DNA from: Mycobacteriales bacterium
Lineage (GTDB): Bacteria > Actinomycetota > Actinomycetes > Mycobacteriales > QHCD01
DNA: 64,000 nt
Assembly (NCBI GenBank): GCA_036267955.1
Contig: DATAVB010000086.1
Location: forward strand, 817-64,816
Reading direction: 5' to 3'
Part shown: piece after piece, positions 25,365 through 35,218 of the stretch
Position numbering within the stretch: position 1 is the stretch's first letter
Layout: the number at the start of each line of letters is the position of its first letter
Notes under the pieces: model-generated
What the model was told of the DNA's origin: nothing
What the model saw: only the letters and a program-made list of their open reading frames with translations
Database searches by the model: none
Made by a program: the position numbers and the translations under genes

Positions 25365-28300
25365 TCAGGTGCGGGGCGGGAACGGGATGCCGGCCCGGGA
25401 GGCCCGGGTGGCGACGTCCGGGCGGAGCGGTTGGTGGACCTTCAACTGCTCGGTTGCAGCCTCGATCGCCTTCTCCAGCTGAGGATCCGCGCCGGCCGCC
25501 GACTCCTGCGGGCTGACGTCGACCTCGATGTCGGGCTCGGTGCCGCGGTTCTCCAGCCCCCAGCCGACGTCGGCGAACCAGAAGGCGTACTCCGGCTGGG
25601 TCGTCATGGTGCCGTCGGCGAGCCGGACGTCGGGGCTGATGCCGATGACGCCGCCCCAGGTGCGCATGCCCACCACCGGACCGAGCTCCAGCATCGAGAA
25701 CGCGTGCGTGAAGATGTCGCCGTCCGAGCCGGCGTGCTCATTGGTGAGGCACACCATCGGGCCGGCCGGCGAGGTGTCCGGGTACGGCTCCGGCGGCCGC
25801 CACCGGCTGACCGTGGCGCCGATCCGCTTGCGGGTCAGTTTGTCCAGCAGCAGCCCGGAGACCGCGCCACCGCCGTTGAAGCGGACGTCGACGACCAGAG
25901 CGTCCCGGTCGTGTTCGGTCAGGAACGCGCGGTGGAATTCCGCGTACCCGTCCACCCACATGTCCGGCACGTGCAGATATCCGATCCGGCCCGCGCTGGC
26001 CTCGTGCACCAGCTTCCGGTTGCGCTCCACCCATTCCCGGTACCGCGCCCTGCGCTCGCCGTCCAGCGTCTTGACGGTGACCCGCCGCGGATACGCGCCG
26101 TCCGGGCCGGCGACGGTGAGCTCCACCGCCTGATCGGCCTGATGCACCAGCAGCGGGCCCGGGCCGGTCAGCGGGTCGACCGGCTGCCCGCCGACCGCCA
26201 GCAGCGTGTCGCCTTCCCGTACGCCGACACCCGGCCCGGCCAGCGGCGAGGTCGCCTCGGGATCCCAGCTGTCACCGACCACGATGTGACCCACGTGCCA
26301 CCGTCCGGTGGCGTCGTCACGCCGCAGGTCGGCGCCGAGCTGCCCGATGGCCCAGTGTTCGGTCGGCCGGTAGTCACCACCCATCTCGTACGCGTGCGAG
26401 GTGCCGAGCTCGCCCTGCAACTCCCACAGCAGGTCGGAGAATTCGGCCCGGGTGGCGACCCGGTGCGCCAGCGGTTCGTACCGGCGCAGGATCGCCGGCC
26501 AGTCGATCCCCGCCATGTCGGGGATCCAGTAGCGGTCCCGCTGCAATCGCCACGCCTCGGCCAGCATCTGCGGCCACTCGGCGCTCGGGTCAACCGGGAT
26601 CCGGATCCGGTCGATGTCGACCCAACCGGACTCCCGGCCGGCCTCGTCGCCGGCATCCTTGGCCGGCTCCACTCCCGCCTTCACGATGCGCACCCGGCCG
26701 CTCGCTCGGTACAGCATCGTGCTGTGGTCGGCCGACACGACCACGTCGCCGGCGTCGTCGGAGAGCTCCTTGTATTCCTGCGTGCTGAGGTCGTAGCAGC
26801 CCAGCACGCCGCTGGTGACCTTGTCGGACATCGGGTTGTTGCCCCGTTCGCCGGTGACCGGCTCCGAGCAGATCAGCACTTTCTCGCCGATCCCGATCAC
26901 CTGGGTATAGCGCTCCTCCGGCAGCGGGAACGCCACCACCCGGTCGGCAATGCCGTCGAAATCAATGACCGTCGGCTGCGGTTTGTCGGCATTCTTCTCG
27001 GCGTCGACATCGCCGCTCCTGCCGCTGTCGGCCGGGTCGTCCTTCTTCTCCAACGGCCGCCGTACCGGGATGAACGGCGAGACGAGGTCGGGTCGGAGCG
27101 TCACGAGATAGGGCTTTCCGGCCTTGGGAAAGCCGGCCGAGAACTGCACATCGTCCATTACCGGGTTGAAGGTTCGCCGGGACAGAAAGTAGAGATACCG
27201 GCCCTGCGGATCGAAATTCGGATCTTCGTTGCGGAAGTCCGGCCGGACCACCTCGTGCACCTCGCCGGACTCGACCGCGACCACACGGATCGCCGACGCG
27301 TACGCCGACACCGGGTAGCTGTAGGCCAGCCAGGCGGAGTCCGGCGACCAGGTGAGCCCGGAGATCCGGGCGCCGGGCGCCTCGTCGGCTACCCGCAGCA
27401 GGCCGTCGGCAGTCGTCACGATCAATAGTTGACGGCGCCGGTTGCAGACGGCGACGGCGCTGCCGTCCGGTGCCGGGGCGATCTCCCGGATGCCGCCGAG
27501 ATCGGCGTCGGTCAGCCTGCGGCCGCGGCCTTCCTGGCCGGCCGTCAATTCGACGAGCTCCAGGCCGTCCTCGCCGGCGGCGTCGCTGACCGCGACGATC
27601 CGCTCGCCGTCGAGGTACTCGGCGAGGCGGTAGCGCACCCCCTGGGCAGTGCCGTGCTGGCTGGCCGCCTCCTCCCAGGCCGGCATGGTGACCAGCTTGC
27701 CGCGGACGGCGGTCAGCAGCGTGTGGCCGTCCGGGTGCAGTGTCGGGTCGGACAGATGCCGGGACGCGTCGACGAAACGCCGGTTGCGTTGGGTGCGTGG
27801 CCCGGCCAGCCGGATCGGGATCTGCCGAGCCGTGTTGTCGGTCGGGTCGAGCAGCCAGAGCGATCCGGCGTGTTGATAGACGATCCGGTGTCCGTCCGTG
27901 CTGGCGTTCCGCGCATAGTAGGTGTCGTGGTCGGTGTGCCGGCGCAATCCACCCCCATCCGGCGTGCACGAATAGATGTTTCCGACGCCCTCATGATCAG
28001 AAATGAAATAGACCCGGTCACCTATCCATAGTGGACAGGCGAAGTTGGTGTCGAGCTCGGCCAGCAGCCGGTGGAAGGTGCCGCTGCCGTCCGGGTCGAT
28101 CCACAACCGGCCGGCCGTGCCGCCGCGGTATCGCTTCCAGGTGGCCGGATCCTCGGTATTACGGCCCAACACCACGGCGCCGGACGGGCCGAATCCGACC
28201 GATCCCACTGTCCCGTACGGCAGCTGACGGACCGGTCCGCCCTCGAGCCCTACGGCGTACGCCGGTGTGATCCGGCCGAATGGCTGGCCGGCCGAGCTGA

Positions 28301-28622
28301 CGAACAGCACCTCGCCGTCCGGGGTGAATCCGCGTACCGCCGTCTTGTGGTCACCCAGCCAGGTCAGCCGGCGGGCCGGCCCGCCCACCGCCGGCATGCT
28401 GTACACCTCCGGCGGACCTTCGGCCTCCGAGATGAACGCGACATGTGCCCCGTCCGCGGAGATCGCGGGCTGGCCGATGTCCGCGAGGTCAGCGGTGAGC
28501 CGGCGTCCCACCCCGCCCTCGATCGGAGCGCTCCACAGGTCGTCCTCGCACACGAACAGCACCGTGCCGCCACCGATGGCCGGATAGCGCAGATAACTGT
28601 CGGGTGATGCCAACTCAGTCAC
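25365..28622 (-). CDS. Tricorn-type protease homolog (beta-propeller + PDZ + S41 peptidase)
   Basis: The start is trimmed to the GTG of VTELASPDSYLRYPAIGGGTVLFVCEDDLWS, with RBS AAGGGGGA. PD40/WD40-like propeller repeats are present. The C-terminal S41 region reads VVDVRFNGGG ... NEHAGSDGDIF. Confidence 0.85.
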   Translation of the reverse strand: MTELASPDSYLRYPAIGGGTVLFVCEDDLWSAPIEGGVGRRLTADLADIGQPAISADGAHVAFISEAEGPPEVYSMPAVGGPARRLTWLGDHKTAVRGFTPDGEVLFVSSAGQPFGRITPAYAVGLEGGPVRQLPYGTVGSVGFGPSGAVVLGRNTEDPATWKRYRGGTAGRLWIDPDGSGTFHRLLAELDTNFACPLWIGDRVYFISDHEGVGNIYSCTPDGGGLRRHTDHDTYYARNASTDGHRIVYQHAGSLWLLDPTDNTARQIPIRLAGPRTQRNRRFVDASRHLSDPTLHPDGHTLLTAVRGKLVTMPAWEEAASQHGTAQGVRYRLAEYLDGERIVAVSDAAGEDGLELVELTAGQEGRGRRLTDADLGGIREIAPAPDGSAVAVCNRRRQLLIVTTADGLLRVADEAPGARISGLTWSPDSAWLAYSYPVSAYASAIRVVAVESGEVHEVVRPDFRNEDPNFDPQGRYLYFLSRRTFNPVMDDVQFSAGFPKAGKPYLVTLRPDLVSPFIPVRRPLEKKDDPADSGRSGDVDAEKNADKPQPTVIDFDGIADRVVAFPLPEERYTQVIGIGEKVLICSEPVTGERGNNPMSDKVTSGVLGCYDLSTQEYKELSDDAGDVVVSADHSTMLYRASGRVRIVKAGVEPAKDAGDEAGRESGWVDIDRIRIPVDPSAEWPQMLAEAWRLQRDRYWIPDMAGIDWPAILRRYEPLAHRVATRAEFSDLLWELQGELGTSHAYEMGGDYRPTEHWAIGQLGADLRRDDATGRWHVGHIVVGDSWDPEATSPLAGPGVGVREGDTLLAVGGQPVDPLTGPGPLLVHQADQAVELTVAGPDGAYPRRVTVKTLDGERRARYREWVERNRKLVHEASAGRIGYLHVPDMWVDGYAEFHRAFLTEHDRDALVVDVRFNGGGAVSGLLLDKLTRKRIGATVSRWRPPEPYPDTSPAGPMVCLTNEHAGSDGDIFTHAFSMLELGPVVGMRTWGGVIGISPDVRLADGTMTTQPEYAFWFADVGWGLENRGTEPDIEVDVSPQESAAGADPQLEKAIEAATEQLKVHQPLRPDVATRASRAGIPFPPRT

Positions 28623-28965
28623 GTCTGGTCCCCCTTGATACGGATGTGCTGACGATGCCACCACAACCGCGCGACCGGGAGAAGAAGCGCGGCCGATCTG
28701 CCCGATCGGGCAGCCGCGGGGGGCCGGTTTGGAGTACGGGACAGTGACGACGTACTCTCGTAACCGAATCCAACCCGAAGACCGCTGGTTGTCGAGTCGT
28801 GTCCGCAAGCCGGGCGTGAATCGACCGAAGGCCCCCAGGGCAGCCCGCGCAGGATGGACGGAGCGTCAGGCGCGCGAGCGCCATCCCGCCCCGTGCGCCC
28901 AGCGCCGGGGCGTCTGTCATGTCTGGGCCCGAGGCAAGACCGGCCGCAGGCATGAGAGGAGGACC

Positions 28966-29580
28966 ATGGCGCAATCGGAGAAGGTCGCCGCCGTTGCCGA
29001 GATCACCGAGCATTTCCGCGCATCGCAGGCCGCAGTGCTCACCGAGTACCGCGGGTTGACGACCGCCGAGCTGACTCAGCTCCGCCGCAATCTCGGCCCG
29101 GACACCACCTACGCCGTCGTCAAGAACACGCTGACCAAGCGTGCGGTCAACGAAGTGGGCTACACCGAGCTGACCGGGCTGCTCGCCGGTCCGACCGCGA
29201 TCGCCTTCATTGAAGGAGATCCGGTCGAGGCCGCCAAGGGGCTGCGCGACTTCGCCAAGGCCAGTCCGGCCCTGGTGATCAAGGGCGGCGTGCTGGACGG
29301 CAAGACGCTGACCCCGGACGAGATCGACAAGATCGCCGATCTCGAACCGCGCGAGGTGCTGCTGGCCAAGCTGGCCGGTGCCATGAAGGGCAACCTGACC
29401 AAGGCCGCCGGGCTGTTCCAGGCCCCGATCGCCCAGGTCGCACGGTTGGCCGAGGCGCTCAAGGAGAAGAAGCCAGCCGAGGCAGCCGCTCCCGCGGCCG
29501 ACCCCGAGCCGGCCGCCGAAGCCACTACCGACCCAGCCGAGGCCGCGCCCGCGGCGGACGCAGCCGAGTCCGACAGCTGA
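28966..29580 (+). CDS. rplJ: 50S ribosomal protein L10 with Ala/Glu/Pro-rich C-terminal tail
   Basis: The sequence begins [44 protein letters not shown], with RBS GAGAGGAGGA. The roughly 160-nt upstream region is presumably the L10 leader. Confidence 0.95.
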   Translation: MAQSEKVAAVAEITEHFRASQAAVLTEYRGLTTAELTQLRRNLGPDTTYAVVKNTLTKRAVNEVGYTELTGLLAGPTAIAFIEGDPVEAAKGLRDFAKASPALVIKGGVLDGKTLTPDEIDKIADLEPREVLLAKLAGAMKGNLTKAAGLFQAPIAQVARLAEALKEKKPAEAAAPAADPEPAAEATTDPAEAAPAADAAESDS

Positions 29581-29646
29581 CTCTGCACCTGATCATCGAC
29601 CCGCCGGTCCAGACGACCGGCGTCATAGCGAAAGGAATACGCCACC

Positions 29647-30030
29647 ATGGCGAAGCTCAGCACTGACGAGCTGCTCGACGCGTTCAAAGAGATGACGCTG
29701 CTTGAGCTGTCGGACTTCGTGAAGCAGTTCGAGGACACCTTCGAGGTCACCGCGGCCGCTCCGGTCGCCGTTGCCGCCGCCGGCGTCGCCGGTGCCGCTG
29801 CCGAGGCCCCCGAGGAGCAGGACGAGTTCGACGTCATCCTCGAGGCTGCCGGTGACAAGAAGATCCAGGTCATCAAGGAGGTCCGTACGCTGACCAGCCT
29901 GGGCCTGAAGGAGGCCAAGGACCTCGTAGACGGCGCACCGAAGCCGCTGCTGGAGAAGGTCAACAAGGAGGCCGCCGAGAAGGCCAAGGAGGCCCTCGAG
30001 AAGGCCGGCGCCACCGTTTCGGTCAAGTAG
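29647..30030 (+). CDS. rplL: 50S ribosomal protein L7/L12
   Basis: The sequence runs [34 protein letters not shown] ... [40 protein letters not shown]. Confidence 0.95.
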   Translation: MAKLSTDELLDAFKEMTLLELSDFVKQFEDTFEVTAAAPVAVAAAGVAGAAAEAPEEQDEFDVILEAAGDKKIQVIKEVRTLTSLGLKEAKDLVDGAPKPLLEKVNKEAAEKAKEALEKAGATVSVK

Positions 30031-30057
30031 TTCAAACAGTACGAAGCACTGCAGTTC

Positions 30058-30087
30058 GGGGCGGTCACCCTCACGGGTGGCCGCCCC
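30058..30087 (+). terminator. Intrinsic terminator after rplL
   Basis: A 13-bp stem ggggcggtcaccc/gggtggccgcccc with a tcac loop is followed by a T-containing tract gctgtgattctgtgatt. Confidence 0.7.
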
Positions 30088-30244
30088 GCTGTGATTCTGT
30101 GATTCCCCTGCGATTACTCCAGGAGGGTCCCCCAGGTTTCCGGCCAGTAACCTCGCTCGCCCCGGCGTCGTTGTTCCCCTAGGCGCGTCTGGCCGATAGC
30201 AGCGCTGGACCGGATGGCCGCAAGAAACGCGAGGGAGTTGGTCG

Positions 30245-31255
30245 GTGGGCGTCGCGGTAGCGGTCGAGGGCCTGTCCAAATCCTTCGGCAGCCAGGAGAT
30301 CTGGTCCGACGTCACCCTCACCCTTCCGCCCGGTGAGATCTCGGTCCTGCTTGGCCCGTCCGGCACCGGCAAGTCGGTCTTCCTCAAGTCCCTGGTCGGA
30401 TTGCTCAAGCCCGAGCGCGGCAAGATCATCGTCACCGAGACCGACATCTGCCGCTGCCGCGAGCACCGGCTCTACGAGATCCGCAAGCTCTTCGGCGTGC
30501 TCTTCCAGGACGGCGCGCTCTTCGGCTCGATGAACCTCTTCGACAACATCGCCTTCCCGCTGCGCGAGCACACCAAGAAGGGCGAGCGCGAGATCAGGAA
30601 CATCGTCCTGGAGAAGATGGACATGGTCGGTCTGCTCGGCTCCGAGTCGAAGCTGCCCGGCGAAATCTCCGGCGGAATGCGCAAGCGGGCCGGGTTGGCC
30701 CGCGCGCTGGTGCTGGACCCGGAGATCATTCTCTTCGACGAGCCGGACTCCGGCCTCGACCCGGTCCGGGTCGCCTACCTCAATCAGCTGATCGTCGACC
30801 TGAACGCGCAGACCGACGCGACGTTCCTCATCGTCACGCACGACATCGGCACCGCCCGTACCGTGCCGGACAACCTCGGCCTGCTGTTCCTGCGCCGGCT
30901 GGTGATGTTCGGGCCGCGCGAACAGCTGCTCACCTCGACCGAGCCGGTGGTGGAGCAGTTCCTCAACGGCCGTCGGGAGGGCCCGATCGGCATGTCGGAG
31001 GAGAAGGACGCCGATCAGGTGCAGGCCGAGTTGGCGTCTCTGGTGCGGCCGGGGGCCGACCGTACGCCGGCCATTACCGGTGTCCCGGCGCAGCTTGAAC
31101 CCACGCCCGGTCTTCCCGTACGGGCCGCGGTGGCACGCCGGCAGGCTCGCGTACGGCAGCTCCTGCACACCCTGCCGCCGGCCGCGCAGGCGGCGATCCG
31201 GGCCAGTCTCCCGGCCGAGCCGCAGTGGGCGGCTCCGGCGTCGGGTAACTCGTGA
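30245..31255 (+). CDS. mkl: Mce-system ABC ATPase (Mkl/MceG, MlaF-like)
   Basis: Walker A GPSGTGKSV, signature ISGGMRKRAGLARAL and Walker B IILFDEPDSGLD are present. It lies directly upstream of the yrbE/mce genes. Confidence 0.9.
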   Translation: MGVAVAVEGLSKSFGSQEIWSDVTLTLPPGEISVLLGPSGTGKSVFLKSLVGLLKPERGKIIVTETDICRCREHRLYEIRKLFGVLFQDGALFGSMNLFDNIAFPLREHTKKGEREIRNIVLEKMDMVGLLGSESKLPGEISGGMRKRAGLARALVLDPEIILFDEPDSGLDPVRVAYLNQLIVDLNAQTDATFLIVTHDIGTARTVPDNLGLLFLRRLVMFGPREQLLTSTEPVVEQFLNGRREGPIGMSEEKDADQVQAELASLVRPGADRTPAITGVPAQLEPTPGLPVRAAVARRQARVRQLLHTLPPAAQAAIRASLPAEPQWAAPASGNS

Positions 31256-32022
31256 GCGGGCCGGTCACCGGGGCGGTACGCGGCAGCGGCGAGCTGTTCG
31301 CGCTCGGGCTCGATGTCGCCCGGGGCGTCTTCCGCCGGCCGTTCCAGGCCCGGGAATTCATCACCCAGGCCTGGTTCATCGCCAGCGTCACGATCCTGCC
31401 GACCGCACTGGTGGCGATCCCGTTCGGCGCGGTCATCGCGTTGCAGCTGGGATCGCTGACCCAGCAACTCGGCGCGCAGTCCTTCACCGGCGGCGCCTCG
31501 GTGCTGGCGATCATCCGGGAGGCCTCGCCGATCGTGACCGCGCTGCTGATCGCCGGTGCGGGTGGTTCGGCGATCTGCGCCGACCTCGGGTCACGCAAGA
31601 TTCGCGAGGAGATCGACGCGATGGAGGTGCTGGGCATCAACCCGATCCAGCGCCTGGTGGTGCCCCGGGTGCTGGCCGCGATGCTGGTGGCGGTGCTGCT
31701 CAACGGGCTGGTGGCGATCGTCGGCGTCTCCGGCGGCTATTTCTTCAACGTGATCCTGCAACACGGCACGCCGGGCGCCTATCTCGCGTCCTTCGACGCG
31801 CTGGCCCAGCTTCCCGACCTGTACGCCGGTGAGGTGAAGGCGTTCATCTTCGGTGCGATTGCGGCGATTGTCGCGGCCTACAAGGGATTGAACGCCGGTG
31901 GCGGGCCGAAGGGCGTCGGCGACGCGGTGAACCAGTCGGTGGTGATCACCTTCCTGCTGCTGTTCAGCACGAATTTCGTACTGACCGCGATCTATTTCCA
32001 GCTCGTCCCGGCGAAGGTTTAA
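31252..32022 (+). CDS. yrbEA: Mce-system permease YrbEA (MlaE family)
   Basis: There is a GTGA overlap with mkl. The MlaE-like sequence REASPIVTALLIAGAGGSAICADLGSRKIREEIDAMEVLGINP is present. Confidence 0.9.
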   Translation: MSGPVTGAVRGSGELFALGLDVARGVFRRPFQAREFITQAWFIASVTILPTALVAIPFGAVIALQLGSLTQQLGAQSFTGGASVLAIIREASPIVTALLIAGAGGSAICADLGSRKIREEIDAMEVLGINPIQRLVVPRVLAAMLVAVLLNGLVAIVGVSGGYFFNVILQHGTPGAYLASFDALAQLPDLYAGEVKAFIFGAIAAIVAAYKGLNAGGGPKGVGDAVNQSVVITFLLLFSTNFVLTAIYFQLVPAKV

Positions 32023-32026
32023 GGCC

Positions 32027-32836
32027 ATGCCGGCGAAGCCTCTGGAGGTGCTCGACGACCTCGGCGACCAGCTGACGTTCTACATCCGGTCGCTGCTGTG
32101 GATCCCGCGCACGGTGCGCCGCTACCGCAACGAGGTGCTGCGGCTGCTGGCCGAGGTTACCTTCGGCACCGGCGCGCTGGCCGTCGTCGGCGGCACCGTC
32201 GGCGTGATCAGCGTGCTGTGTTTCTTCACCGGGTCCGAGGTCGGCCTGCAGGGTTATCAGGGGCTGAACGAGATCGGCACCGCCGCCTTCACCGGATTCA
32301 TCTCGGCCTATTTCAACACCCGGGAGATCGCACCGCTCGTCGCCGGGCTGGCGCTCTCGGCGACCGTCGGCTGCGGGTTCACCGCGCAGCTCGGGGCCAT
32401 GCGGATCAGTGAGGAGATCGACGCCCTCGAGGTGATGGCGGTGCCGTCACTGCCGTTCCTGGTGACCGCGCGCATCATCGCCGGGCTGATCGCGGTCATC
32501 CCGCTCTACATCATCGGTCTGCTGGCGTCCTATCTCTCCACCCGATTAATTGCGACTGTCTACTATGGACAGTCGGGCGGCACGTACGACCACTATTTCC
32601 GGCTCTTCCTGCCGCCCGGGGATGTGCTCTGGTCGTTCGCAAAGGTGCTCGTCTTCGCCGTGGTGATCGTCCTGACGCACTGCTACTACGGGTACCGGGC
32701 AAGTGGCGGGCCGGCCGGTGTCGGGGTGGCGGTCGGCCGCGCGGTGCGGACCGCGATCGTCGCCATCAACGTGATCGATTTCTTCCTCAGCCTGGCGATC
32801 TGGGGCGCCACCACGACGGTACGGATTTCGGGGTGA
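32027..32836 (+). CDS. yrbEB: Mce-system permease YrbEB (MlaE family)
   Basis: The sequence REIAPLVAGLALSATVGCGFTAQLGAMRISEEIDALEVMAVP is present. Confidence 0.9.
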   Translation: MPAKPLEVLDDLGDQLTFYIRSLLWIPRTVRRYRNEVLRLLAEVTFGTGALAVVGGTVGVISVLCFFTGSEVGLQGYQGLNEIGTAAFTGFISAYFNTREIAPLVAGLALSATVGCGFTAQLGAMRISEEIDALEVMAVPSLPFLVTARIIAGLIAVIPLYIIGLLASYLSTRLIATVYYGQSGGTYDHYFRLFLPPGDVLWSFAKVLVFAVVIVLTHCYYGYRASGGPAGVGVAVGRAVRTAIVAINVIDFFLSLAIWGATTTVRISG

Positions 32837-32843
32837 GCGGCCG

Positions 32844-34187
32844 ATGACGCACACCCAACCACGGCCGCTGGTGACGGCGGCCGGGCTGCGCCGGGCCGGG
32901 GAGACCGCCCGGCGGCGGCTGGTCGGCATCGTCTACCTGGTGATTCTCGCCCTGCTGCTGGCGCTCACGGTGGCGATCTACCAGAAGAAGTTCGTCTCGA
33001 TCGTGCCGGTGACGCTCGAGGCCGACCACATCGGCAACCAGCTCACCGCCGGCGCCGACGTGAAGCTGCGCGGCGTACTGGTCGGCGAGGTCCGGAAGGT
33101 CAGCAGCGAGGGGCGCGGCGCCCGGCTCAGCCTGGCGCTGAAACCGGGAATGGCCAAGCAGATCCCGAGCAACGTCGAGGCGCAACTGCTGCCCAAGACG
33201 CTCTTCGGCGAACGTTATGTCGCGTTGGTCGTGCCGCGCGACGCGGCCGGCCCGATCCACTCCGGCGCGGTGATCCCGGAGGACCGGTCCACCTCGGCGA
33301 TCCAGGTGCAGAAGGTGCTCGACGACCTGATGCCCGTGCTGCGGACCCTGAAACCCGATCAGCTCAACGCGACGCTGAGTGCGGTGGCCGGTGCCCTGGA
33401 CGGGCGGGGTGAGGAATTGGGCGACAACCTGACGAAGCTCGGTGACTATGTCGGGGCGCTCAATACGAAGCTTCCAGTGCTGCAGCACGACATCTCCGCG
33501 CTGGCTGATGTGGCCGACACCTACAACGCCGCCGCGCCCGACCTGCTGGGCACGCTGGACAACCTGTCGACGACCAGCGACACCGTGGTGGCGGAGAAGA
33601 CGCAGCTCGACACCCTGTTCCGCAGCACCTCCGGGGTGTCCTCCACGGCGACCGCGGTCCTGGCGGAGAACGAGCAGAACCTCATTCATCTCACGAAGAA
33701 CAGCCAGCCACTGCTGAACCTGCTGGCGAAATACTCGCCCGAATTCCCGTGCCTGCTGCAGGGACTGGCCGATTTCGAGCCCCGGGTGGAAGATGCCTTC
33801 TCCAGCGCCGGACCGGGGCTGCACCTGACCCTTGAGGTGATCAAGGACCGCGGCAAGTTCACCCCCGGCGAGTACCCGCAGTACGTCGCTCATCCCGGCC
33901 CGAAGTGCTACGGCCTGCCCGGTCACCCGTCCGGGAATTTCCCCAACACCTACATCCCGGATGGCAGCAAGCCGTCCGGTCAGACGTCGTTGCCGCTGGT
34001 CGGGTCGGCCCCGGCCGCTTTGCAGAAGACCGGTGGCGACATCGGTGAACAGGGTTCGCCGCAGGAGGTCGACGCGGTCAAAGGGCTCATCGCGGCGCAG
34101 GACGGCACGACGCCGAGCAAGGTGTCCGCATTGGACGCCGTCCTGTATTCGCCACTGGTCCGGGGCGCCGAGGTGACGCTCAAATGA
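32844..34187 (+). CDS. mceA: Mce family substrate-binding protein MceA
   Basis: An N-terminal TM helix and the MCE domain (ADVKLRGVLVGEVRKV) are present. This is the first of six consecutive Mce genes. Confidence 0.9.
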   Translation: MTHTQPRPLVTAAGLRRAGETARRRLVGIVYLVILALLLALTVAIYQKKFVSIVPVTLEADHIGNQLTAGADVKLRGVLVGEVRKVSSEGRGARLSLALKPGMAKQIPSNVEAQLLPKTLFGERYVALVVPRDAAGPIHSGAVIPEDRSTSAIQVQKVLDDLMPVLRTLKPDQLNATLSAVAGALDGRGEELGDNLTKLGDYVGALNTKLPVLQHDISALADVADTYNAAAPDLLGTLDNLSTTSDTVVAEKTQLDTLFRSTSGVSSTATAVLAENEQNLIHLTKNSQPLLNLLAKYSPEFPCLLQGLADFEPRVEDAFSSAGPGLHLTLEVIKDRGKFTPGEYPQYVAHPGPKCYGLPGHPSGNFPNTYIPDGSKPSGQTSLPLVGSAPAALQKTGGDIGEQGSPQEVDAVKGLIAAQDGTTPSKVSALDAVLYSPLVRGAEVTLK

Positions 34188-35218
34188 CGAAGATAACGCC
34201 GTCCCTGCTCAAGCTCATCGCGTTCGCCGCGGTAACGATCTTCGCGATGTATGTCCTCGGCACGACCATCGCCAACAACAGTTTCGGCGCCACCACGAAA
34301 TACCGCGCGGACTTCACCGATGTGACCGGCCTCAACACCGGTGACGACATCCGGATCGCAGGCGTCAAGGTCGGCAAGATCGACAGCATCAGGATCGTGC
34401 ACCGCAAGCTGGCCGAGGTGACCTTCTCGGTGACCAGGGACCGATCGCTGCCGACCAGCACGACGGCCCTGGTGCGTTACCGCGACCTGGTCGGGCACCG
34501 CTATATCGAGCTGGCGCAGGGGCCGGGGTCGGACCGGAATCTCCGCGCCGGCGGCACGATCCCGGTCCAGCAGACCCAGCCGGCCCTGGATCTCACCGTA
34601 CTGTTCAACGGGTTCAAACCGCTGTTCCAGGCGCTCTCGCCGGACGATGTCAACCGGCTCTCCTACGAGATCATCCAGGTGTTCCAGGGCGAGTCCGGCA
34701 CGGTCGACGACCTGTTGGCGCACACCGCGTCGCTGACCACAACCCTTGCCAGCAAGGACAAATTGATCGGCGAGGTGATCACCAACCTCAATTCGGTGCT
34801 CACCACGATCAACACCCGCGACCAGAAGCTGACCAACCTGATCGTGCAACTGCAGCGGCTGGTCACCGGCCTGGCGCAGGACCGCAAGGCCATCGGCGGC
34901 TCGCTGTCCGGGATCAACCAACTGGCCTCCACCACCGCCGGCCTGCTCGCGGACGGCCGACCCGCGCTGAAATCGGATATCAGCGAGCTGCGCCGGGTGG
35001 CGACGACGCTCAACGGTGCCAGCGGCACGGTGAACGGTGTGCTCCAGCGGCTACCCAACAAGCTCAACTCGCTGACCCGCACCGCCAGCTACGGATCGTG
35101 GTTCAACTTCTATCTCTGCGGTCTGCAGGCGAAGGCCGGCTACAAGGGAATCGCGATCCTGCCCGGCGGTGTGCTCTATACCCCGCAGGTCAACATCGAC
35201 CAGGCGCGTTGCCAATGA
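34184..35218 (+). CDS. mceB: Mce family protein MceB
   Basis: There is an ATGA overlap with mceA. The MCE domain sequence DDIRIAGVKVGKIDSI is present. Confidence 0.9.
   Translation: MTKITPSLLKLIAFAAVTIFAMYVLGTTIANNSFGATTKYRADFTDVTGLNTGDDIRIAGVKVGKIDSIRIVHRKLAEVTFSVTRDRSLPTSTTALVRYRDLVGHRYIELAQGPGSDRNLRAGGTIPVQQTQPALDLTVLFNGFKPLFQALSPDDVNRLSYEIIQVFQGESGTVDDLLAHTASLTTTLASKDKLIGEVITNLNSVLTTINTRDQKLTNLIVQLQRLVTGLAQDRKAIGGSLSGINQLASTTAGLLADGRPALKSDISELRRVATTLNGASGTVNGVLQRLPNKLNSLTRTASYGSWFNFYLCGLQAKAGYKGIAILPGGVLYTPQVNIDQARCQ

Noticed and set aside
25242-27428. 728-aa ORF on the plus strand
   Set aside because: It is antisense to the tricorn protease gene. Its composition (R/G/P/V/D-rich) is typical of shadow ORFs.
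28809-28965. L10 (rplJ) leader RNA element
   Set aside because: It is expected at this position from established knowledge, but I could not confidently trace the conserved secondary structure by eye, so it is not listed as a feature.
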